Below, one piece after another: positions 54,766 to 64,000 of a DNA stretch of 64,000 nucleotides. Position 1 is the first letter of the stretch; every line of letters starts with the position of its first letter. The notes below the pieces were generated by a model. The model ran no database searches. It was not told where the DNA came from and saw only the letters and a program-made list of their open reading frames with translations. The stretch covers positions 7,779,751-7,843,750 of the forward strand of contig OZ037773.1 in NCBI GenBank assembly GCA_964035545.1. Reading direction: 5' to 3'. Origin of the DNA: Bugula neritina (taxonomy: Eukaryota > Animalia > Bryozoa). A program made the position numbers and the translations under genes.

Positions 54766-56371
54766 ATTGGTAAATAGTTTTGAGTCCAAACACCTACTTA
54801 CAGATAATACATTTTTCACTGCTATGAGCAAAACTAGGTGAACTCTGAAATACCATTCTACTTTTGGGGAACCACTAGCACTCTACATTAGACTAATTTC
54901 CGTAATATTAGTTAACTATGGGAGCAAATTTGTCTGACGAATAATAAACTACAGATATAATATTGCAGTAGTTGTCTTTTCATGTGAGTATGAAGTCAGA
55001 TATCTCACAGCATGCTAACGGAGCAAAATACTTCCCCGATGCTTATCCGGCGGGAAATTGAACATTACTTATAGTTGTGCTCCTTCAGTCACTGTAGCCT
55101 ACTGTTATACTTCTAGTTCTAGTCAGTTAGAGTTAGAGTTCTAGTCACAGTGTATGTTCATTTTTACTTTTATGTCGTTTAATGTAATCAATTTAGTATG
55201 TTCCCTTCAATTTTTACTAAGTTCAAACTCCAAGCATGAGACTGAGTTGCACTTGCAGTAGTGAAGTCTTGTACTTGTAGTTGTAGTTTAAGTTATAATA
55301 AAAATAATAATTAAATATAATAATAATATTATTATTAATAATAATATTATATTTACAGTTTCTAAAAAACATTGTTATTTATTATAATACTAATTTACTT
55401 CAGTAATACTCATTACTAACACTAATAGACTAACACTAAATAGTAATTGTAATGAATTACATTACCATGTAACTGCAATTGAATTGTAATACTAATTAAC
55501 AATAACTGTAATTGTAATAATAATTATAATGCATTAAATTTAATGGTAATTGACAAATTTTCATGTAATTGTATTACTATTTGTAAATAATTAGATTCAT
55601 ATGTAATTGACCCCAACCCTGATAGTTACTTTTAATGTTACACTTACCGTTAATGAAAATTAAATTTGATGTAATTAATTACAATGCCAATCACAATTAC
55701 TTTTGTTCTCACAAGGAATAAATAGAAGTTATACAATGACAATCTTACCTCTGAATTCCAACTACCAGTACCTGGGGCAGTTTTGATGGTGGGGAACTTC
55801 CTTTGTTCTCAACAGTTATAATTGAGTGATACAATACTGCATTGAATTAATCTGAATTTTTTATTAAGCAGTAGACATGACAGGAAAAGTATGAAATTTT
55901 TAAGATTTTAAAATTTGAAATAATATTGATTGACATGCATTGATTATAAAATAATAAAGTAATTGTAAGAATCAATTACGTTAAATGTGTAATAAATTAC
56001 AATTACATTTTTATACATCAATTACAAATTGCATTCAATTACTTTAAAAAAGGTAATTAATTACAACCAACTACAATTACCCCAACTCTGCTCATGACCA
56101 GATATAGATGCTTCTTTGATAATTATATTATAATTGCGCTATCAACCAGCATCATTGCCATTTTAGAGACACCCTTACAATTCATCTAGCATACACACTC
56201 TACCAATATGTGTTGATTCAATTGTCTAGAACGATCTGACGTATGCCACTTTTCACCCTACCAGCACAGTGTGTTAAGCAACAAATACAGTATTTTCTCT
56301 GTATATTCTTAAGTATATGGTATTGTTTTAGCGGAGTGCTTAGCTTTATCAAACTGTAAGGCAACTCAGCA
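54766..56371. promoter_or_regulatory. Probable divergent promoter region MAP4K/DTL
   Basis: Divergent start codons 1.6 kb apart; TSSs not located. Confidence 0.45.
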
Positions 56372-59300
56372 ATGATTCTGCAGAATGTGAGGAGGCGGGA
56401 AACTCAAACTGGTAAGTCACAAAGCACCTCAGTGTAGAGTAGCGTTTTCCAGTATGAATTACCATAGTACAGTGTTAATTCATATTCTATCACGGCAGTG
56501 TAGCGGCTGTTGTATCTATCACCAAAGTGTAGTGGTTGTAAATGTCACAGTAATGTAGTGGTTGTTGTAGGTAGTCCACTGTTCAACACACCGCAGTATG
56601 ACTGGTTACTTACTCGGTTCACTAACACCAGACAGGATACTCATTTGGTTGAAGGAGATTTTCACTCTGTTCCTGAAGTGGTGAGTAGTGTTAGTGTTAT
56701 TCCTAGCGAGAAAGAGTAGTACTAGTGATATAGAGAGAGTAGTAATTAGTGCTAGTACTAGTGATATAGAGAAAGCAGTAATTAGTGCTAGTACTAGTGA
56801 TATAGAGAAAGAGTAGTGCTAGTACTAGTGTTATAGAGAAAGCAGTAATTAGTGCTAGTACTAGTGATATAGAGAGTAGTAATTAGTGCTAGTACTAGTG
56901 TTATAGAGAAAGTATAAAGAGTGAAATGCTGCAGTGTGTTACTCAAAGGTCTGTCAAGGAGTGCATGTTATAACCAAGTGTTGATAATCAGCAACTTGTC
57001 ACTTGGGGTGGGAAACATTGTCATCAATATTCAGTTTAATCAATGCCTAGCTTTTTTACCTGAATTTATCACATCCAACACTTTAAAGTCTACTGTTTTT
57101 CATTGTGCTAGGTTAGAGTAGATTATATCAATATTTCAATCATATTCTGTATTTTGTAATTATAAATATGAAGTTTATTTCATTTCTTTGTTAATCTATA
57201 TTCTGTTTATATCCTTCACAAAATGTAAATATATTTCGCTAACTATTTGTGTCAGGCTAATTATCAATAGTTTAGTGTCTGAATTTCGCTTGGTTAACTA
57301 CAATCATCAATGAGATAAACTCGAGTCATTTTATCAAAGACGCTGGTATTAAACCATCTGAAGCTATGCCTGAACCCTGCCAGATAATAAGCACGAGAAG
57401 TTATCCGCTCTCTGTTGCAGGAGTCCGTAGCCGGGACTGTAGTCAAGTTCTGTGAGAGTTACTCCAACTCGCACATGTTGGCCCTGGCTGATGAGGATGG
57501 GATGATGTACCTGTTCAACTCCGTACTCTCTGGAAGGGACTGTCTTATGACCAGTGTGTATATATAACTTTCTCTCTCTCTCTCTTTCCCATCCATTGTT
57601 TTGCATAGTATAAGTTCTTAATCCAAGTGTTTGAGTTCTTACGGTACGACATCAAACCCCTCCATTTTGTTGGACACTTGCAGAGTGGAGTGTGCACAAG
57701 AATGCTATATTTGACCTGGAGTGGGTCCCCTTCTCAGCTAAGATCGTCACTGCATCTGGACACCAGGTGGCGTGTCTGGTTGACATCACGACTAAACAGA
57801 CTATCGACACGTTCAAAGGACACGTGTCTAGTCTGAAGACCATAGCTAGCAGGCGAACAGACCCATGTGAGTCAACTAGTCTCTACACTCTTCTATAGTT
57901 TATGTGTTGTCATACAGTCATGACTTCCGGTCTGTTAGTGTGGTGGTGGTTGCTGCACATTCATTTTAAGCTGCTAGCATCATAAGTAGCTGCAATTATA
58001 GCATAGCAGGATGGTATAGCATTATAGTATAGCAGTATAGCATAGTAGTATAGCAGAATATCATTACATAGTATAGCATAGCCAGATAACTTTATTAGTC
58101 TTTGTTCTTCATCATCCAGATGTTTTCGCTACGGGCGGTAGAGATGGCAGTATCTGTATATGGGACCCGAGGGTGTCGAGGAGATGTAATACTATTCCTT
58201 CTTCGAATGAGATAAGACACGCCCACTCCTCGGGTTCAAGGTCAACTAGGAAGTCTACCAGCCAGTCAATCACCGGTCTGTGTTTCCAGGATGAGACAAC
58301 TCTTGTGTCGTGTGCCTCCAATGATAGGTGATTGAACTTATATTACTATGTGCTTATATTACTACACTCTGTTTATATTACTACACTCTGTTTATATTAC
58401 TACACCCTGCTTATATTACTACACTCTGTTTATATTACTGCACTCTGTTTATATTACTACACTCTGTTTATATTGCTACTCTCTGTTTATATTACTACTC
58501 TGTTTATATTACTACACTCTGATTATATTACTACACTCTGTTTATATTACTACACTCTGTTTACATTACTACACTCTGTTTATATTACTGCACTCTGTTT
58601 ATATTACTACACTCAGTTTATATTACTATACTCTGTTTATATTACTGCACTCTGTTTATATTACTACACTCAGTTTATATTACTACACTCTGTTTATATT
58701 ACTACACTCTGTTTATATTACTGCACTCTGTTTATATTACTACACTCTGTTTATATTACTACACTCTGTTTATATTACTACACTCTGTTTATATTACTAC
58801 ACTCTGTTTATATTACTACACTCTGTTTATATTACTGCACTCTGTTTATATTACTACACTCTGTTTATATTACTACACTCTGTTTATATTACTACACTCT
58901 GTTTATATTACTGCACTCTGTTTATATTACTACACTCTGTTTATATTACTACACTCTGTTTATATTACTACACTCTGTTTATATTACTGTACAGCTCTAT
59001 TAAAGTATGGGACTTGAGAAGAAGCTATAAAACCCATAAATCTAATCCTGTGGCCAAATACAAGTTCACTTATCACGGCAAGAGCCGCAAGCATGGTGGG
59101 TACTTCTCTACTCTGTTGTATTTCTGTCTGTGTGTCTGGCAGCGGCTGACTCTAGGTAGGTGCTGCCGAAACTATCCACTCTCACTTCCTGTTTAGAGAA
59201 TACTGAGTGTCCAGCAGTCCCCATGTATTGTGTGAAATTGTTGTGCTATTGGATGTTGAACATTGATATACTAAACACCATGCTGTATTCAAACGCTACA

Positions 59301-62300
59301 GTTTATTAAGGTCCAATGCTTATTAAATGTTAGCCGAGTGTTAATGAAGTTTGTTATAAAACCAGTCTGCACGAGGAAATTTAACTGGTGGTTACCAGTC
59401 ATTAACAGTTGTGCATTTATTCTGCGTGTGAAAGTATTGTTTTCTTGAGGCCAAAATTTAAATGAGTCCGGGACTCCTGGAAGTTGTGGTTAGACGCCCC
59501 TCAGCTGATTCTCTTTTCATTTCAGTTGGCTATTCTGGTATCTGTATGGATTTCTCCAGAAGTTTCATCTACGCCAACTGCATAGATGACTGCATCTACC
59601 AGTTCAGTGGTATCAACTATCAAGATGCAGGTAATTGTCTGCCCCTGACGTCTGTTCTACACGTCTGCAACTAGCTGTTGCTCATTGCAATTTTCAGATG
59701 TAATTTATTGTGTCTCATATAGTTTAGAATAATGTACATATAGCCTGTGTACCATGGACCAACTGCATGATACTATCATACATATATGTGTAGTAGTAGA
59801 AGGTTTGCTTATGTTTTATGAACTGAGTTGGAATTATAAAGTTACTGGTTTTAAAGACGTTGCATCATTTTCTTATTCTGATGGTTTAGGCTTTTTGTTT
59901 TAGTTATCTCCTCATTCAAAGGACATAAAAACAAGACTTTCTTTGTTAAATCTGCCCTTTCGCCTGACGGGAATTATCTGCTCACTGGATCTTCTGATCA
60001 CAATGCCAGAATATACAGCACAAATATCTCCCCGCACTTGCGTGATAAGTCGTACTCGCTCCACGGCCACACAGAGGAAGTTACATCAGTAGCATGGAGC
60101 TTCTACGACACGTGTAAGGTGAGTAGTGTTAGTCACAGTACATTAGAGTGTTAGTCACAGTTTACCAGAGTGTTAGTCACAGCACACTAGAGTGTTAGTC
60201 ACAGTATACTAGAGTGTTAGTCACCATGTTTTCCAGATTGCTACTATCAGTGATGATGACACTCTGAAAATATGGCGGCTCGGAGAGACGAGCTTGCACG
60301 CTGACATTTCCGGTGAATGTGAAGATTTATCTCCCCGTGAGTCTGAGAGGTTGACTGGTATAAGAGACAGAGCTGCTCCGCTGGTAGTCAAACCTGCCTT
60401 GTGTCCTTCCAGTTCCTCTACAGTGAGCTCTACAGCAGCACATGACATTCACGTGACCGCTACAGCAGCACATGATACTTCGGTAGCTCCAGTTTCTGCA
60501 GCACCCACAACCTCCTCTACACACACCCCTCCCCTTCCAACACAAACTAGTCCTGCGTTCCCACCTTGCGTGGGGGAAGATGGCGGTAAGTGACGTCTGC
60601 TGTTCTAAGTGTGTCATTTTACTTAGTTTAGTACACACTCGAAATCTCCAGTCTTTAGCTATTTTTAAAAATTTAGCTGCTAATGTATATGGGTTTTGCC
60701 CAAAACTAATAAAAAAACTGTGAGAGTTCGCAAATTAACTAGATAATTAGGGAAAACATGGGAAATAAAGCAAAATTAAAAATAACATTGATTATTTACT
60801 TGTATTTTTGTAATTTTTGTAAGTTAAGAACAAAAACCAATGTATGTATTAGCAGCTAAATTGTGAAAATAAAAGTTGTGATGTGTCTATTCAGTTAGCG
60901 TATTAAATGTAGGTAATACTTCAAATATATTTCGTATCAATTGATCTTATCAACAATGAGTATTCAATTCAATTCCGCTCTACCAACTCTAGCATGTGCC
61001 AATTATTCTGTTTTATTGCTAAAATATTTTCATTCTGAAATTCCACACCTATGTGTCAACTTTATAGAATATTCCAGAACTCTGTCGTGTAGTGTGTCCT
61101 TCACCCTGCATATTTTTCATTAATTCATATTACATATTGTATTCTGTATATTATATTTTAGGGGTGCTACCCTGGCCCACCCTCAACGGTCTGAATATAC
61201 AGCCAAAGATCTCTTCCCCCAGAAAGCTGATGGTTAGCCCAAGGAAAGGCTACAGACTCGGCCCATCTCACAGTTGTGCGTCTGGGGCTACAGTCCCACT
61301 TCACAATCCATGCACACAGGCTAAGAGAAAGCTCATAGACTCAGACTTCTCCCCATCAAAACGGTTGCGGGAATGTGCAGCTCACGCCCCTTCTTGCATT
61401 CCCTCTGTGCAATTCTCTCCGTCTACTCTCTCTCCTATCAGGATCAACAACAGCAGTCTCACTATTGTCAACGTCACTCCAACCTCCTCCCCAGCTGTTG
61501 CAAGTGAGTATAACTTGTAGACTGTATAACTTGTAGACTGTATAACTTGTAGACTGTATAACATGTAGACTGTGTAACTTGTAGACTGTATAACTTGTAG
61601 ACTGTATAACATGTAGACTCTATAACTTGTAGACTGTATAACTTGTAGACTGTGTAACTTGTAGACTGTATAACTTGTAGACTGTATAACATGTAGACTC
61701 TATAACTTGTAGACTGTATAACTTGTAGACTCTATAACTTGTAGACTGTATAACCTGTAGACTCTATAACTTGTAGACTGTATAACTTGTAGACTGTGTA
61801 ACTTGTAGACTCTATAACATGTAGACTCTATAACTTGTAGACTGTATAACTTGTAGACTGTATAACTTGTAGACTGTGTAACTTGTAGACTGTGTAACTT
61901 GTAGACTCTATAACTTGTAGACTCTATAACTTGTAGACTGTATAACTTGTAGACTGTGTAACTTGTAGACTGTGTAACATGTAGATTACATGTAGACTCT
62001 ATAACTTGTAGACTGTAAGAATCTGGACTTCTCATCTCCAACAGCTAATCTTCCCAACTCAGTTCTCGATGCTCAGACACCACGAAGACACGGCAAGGAA
62101 AATTCCTGTACTCCGAAACCTGTGGCACTTGATTGGCTGAGCCAGTTGAGTAAAGGTGAGTTATGATTGGTTGTTGAGTGAACGAGAGCTGTCATTGGCT
62201 GAGCCAGTTGGGTATAGAATTTGATTGGTTGCAAGTCGTGTGAATTGTGACTACATGCTATTTGGTTTTAGATAAAGTAGAGAAATTCAACAGCTCCTCA

Positions 62301-62746
62301 CCACAGCCCATTTCTTCTGCTGCTACTCCTTCACGAGCCAAGACTAAGGCGAGCGCAGCTAAAGTATGGAAATATACATCTCATCATTTTCATGATTTGT
62401 CTTTTCACCTATCGGAACACAGCTTCACTGTAGAAATTGTCTTCATTACAAGCCGACATGCTGTTTTTAAATTTTCATTTCCTTCCTACATAAAAGCAGT
62501 AAAATAAGCATATCATATATAAACATGTCCGCCTGGTAACCTTGGTAGCTACAAAGCTCTTATCAGTTCCTACTATTTGGACACTGTAATGTTCGGCTAC
62601 ACCCACCCCACCCGCATAATATCTAGTGTTTTATTTCGTAGACTCCGACCAATAAGAAGAAAGTATCACAGACACTGCTGAAATATTTCAGTCCTACAGC
62701 GCGTATGCCTTCTACCAGTGACTCTAAACACCCGACTAGTGACTAG
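56372..62746 (+). CDS. DTL: Denticleless/CDT2 WD40 substrate receptor of CRL4. Exons 56372-56411, 56571-56680, 57421-57553, 57684-57866, 58120-58327, 58995-59095, 59526-59630, 59904-60118, 60237-60585, 61162-61503, 62045-62155, 62272-62363, 62642-62746
   Basis: LALADEDG, HKNAIFDLEWVP, VFATGGRDGSICIWD, IKVWDLRR, FKGHKNKTFFVKSALSPDG, GHTEEVTSVAW; S/P-rich tail with KEN motif and C-terminal PIP-like SQTLLKYF. Confidence 0.92.
56714..56912 (+). repeat. ~37-39-bp repeat, about 5 copies, after the DTL exon 2 donor
   Basis: AGTAATTAGTGCTAGTACTAGTGATATAGAGAAAG-like unit. Confidence 0.85.
58337..58990 (+). repeat. 19-bp minisatellite, about 34 copies, filling DTL intron 5
   Basis: ACTACACTCTGTTTATATT. 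Confidence 0.95.
60125..60224 (+). repeat. 22-bp repeat, about 4.5 copies, filling DTL intron 8
   Basis: AGTGTTAGTCACAGnnnnnnAG, starting directly after GTGAGT. Confidence 0.9.
60660..60872. mobile_element. Inverted-repeat (MITE-like) element in DTL intron 9
   Basis: AATTTAGCTGCTAAT (60670-60684) / ATTAGCAGCTAAATT (60848-60862) perfect 15-bp inverted repeat within about 40-bp imperfect arms. Confidence 0.5.
61508..62016 (+). repeat. 16-bp minisatellite, about 31 copies, filling DTL intron 10 from the donor
   Basis: GTATAACTTGTAGACT, first copy overlapping GTGAGT. Confidence 0.95.
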
Positions 62747-64000
62747 TGACTGGTAACTAGTGACTACTAACAACTAGTAATAAAATCAAATGTGTAATTC
62801 CTGCAGTTGATGAAAGAAAGTCTACAAGCTGTACCAGTATTCCCTCTTGACTGTGCAAACTTTATAGAGTACATGATATATATATGAAACTATTTTTATA
62901 TTGTTTGTCTGCATGTTACATACTTCTCCAATATACTGGATAGCCTTACCGTTTCTTCAATGATCATATTTTTGTTTAATGCGGTGGACTTTTTGACACT
63001 TACTCTGTGCATTGTAGACATTCACTTATTTTAGAGAAAATTCTATTTATTTTTGTAATGATCAGGTTTTATGTTTTCTGCAATATTGTGGCAAGTTTTA
63101 ACACGAAATAAAATATGTTGTGTTAATTTACATTTGGTGTATTTTCAAACGATTTAAGTTTCTGTTCATAACCAATAGGTAACACAACTCATAATATGAT
63201 ATATCAAGCGTATAGCAGTTTATCTAAAACTCTGTTAGTGCAGGATGAACATACTTTTAATTTTAGTTTAGATTTGAAACAGAGGCAACAATGTTAATCA
63301 ACTGGCAGTATTATTATTAGAAGTAAATGTGGCTGTATTTATTCTTCTTAAAACTGAATATTCCAAATTTTAGCCCTCCCATGATTCAGGTTATATATCT
63401 CGTACATATTCTTTATGTTTATATACATGTGCGCACATGTAGTGTTATATAGGTGTAATAATGTACATATAATATATACACATCACCATGTCTATGATAT
63501 ATATTATTTAGCATACATACTTTTAACCTACATATTAGAATTGTCTATTATTACAGTTGGAATTGCCTTATTTTACCCAGATTGATATATTAGATACATA
63601 TGTTATTATGTATATGTGACCAGTCGCGACAAAACCGGGGATGTGGCGGCGTTTATAAAGTGTAGTAAATGAAGGTTTAATTTGGAAATACTTAAATTTG
63701 AAATTAATTTCCAATTTTTAGATTTTGAACTTTTCTAATACAAAAAAATCCAAGGATTTCAAAAATCATACTTTCGTAGGCATTTGATGATTCCTTCAGC
63801 TCTAAAATTGCATTTAAAGTTGGTAACTAAGGCTTTCAATTTTTTAAATGATGAAAAAATTGCGAAGTTATCAATTAAAGAAAGAAGACAATTTTAGTTA
63901 TTTTTATAGCGTGAGATCTTGCAAATTGTCTTTTTATCAAATAAATTTAGCTTACACCTCTTTCTTCGTATTGTCAGAAGCATCGTATTTAAGATCAAAG

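Noticed and set aside
58332-59196. 223-aa and 282-aa ORFs running into a WD40 exon
   Set aside because: Repeat-derived; only 58995-59095 is a real DTL exon, and intron retention gives an immediate AGG TGA stop.
63611-64000. Possible DNA transposon end (TATATGTGACCAGTCGCGAC...)
   Set aside because: No partner inverted repeat or transposase within the window; cannot be supported.

Overview
Compact, AT-rich eukaryotic (metazoan, probably invertebrate; taxon not determinable from the window) genomic DNA. Nine intron-rich protein-coding genes were reconstructed by hand with GT-AG boundaries and consistent exon phases: ACTR8 (+, 5'-truncated), a 281-aa LRR protein (+), POLR3F (-), NOP2 (+), a phospholipid scramblase (+), FAM161A-like (-), FUT8 (+), a MAP4K3/5-like GCK-I kinase (-) and DTL/CDT2 (+). 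They include three head-to-head pairs. No CRISPR array, rRNA, tRNA or autonomous transposon was recognised. Most long ORFs in the ORF track that lie outside these exons are artefacts of tandem repeats. Two non-coding patterns stand out. (1) Roughly 30 of about 95 introns (manual count) carry a locus-specific minisatellite, and many abut or straddle a splice site, with a unit that copies that exon-intron junction and so creates ladders of decoy donors or acceptors. (2) Gene-5' introns and promoter flanks contain long 'drifting hexamer' tracts, with 6-bp periodicity and a unit that changes progressively along the tract. Also found: a candidate 12-nt microexon and cassette exons in MAP4K, a tRNA-derived SINE, MITE-like elements and an apparently exact 252-bp tandem duplication.
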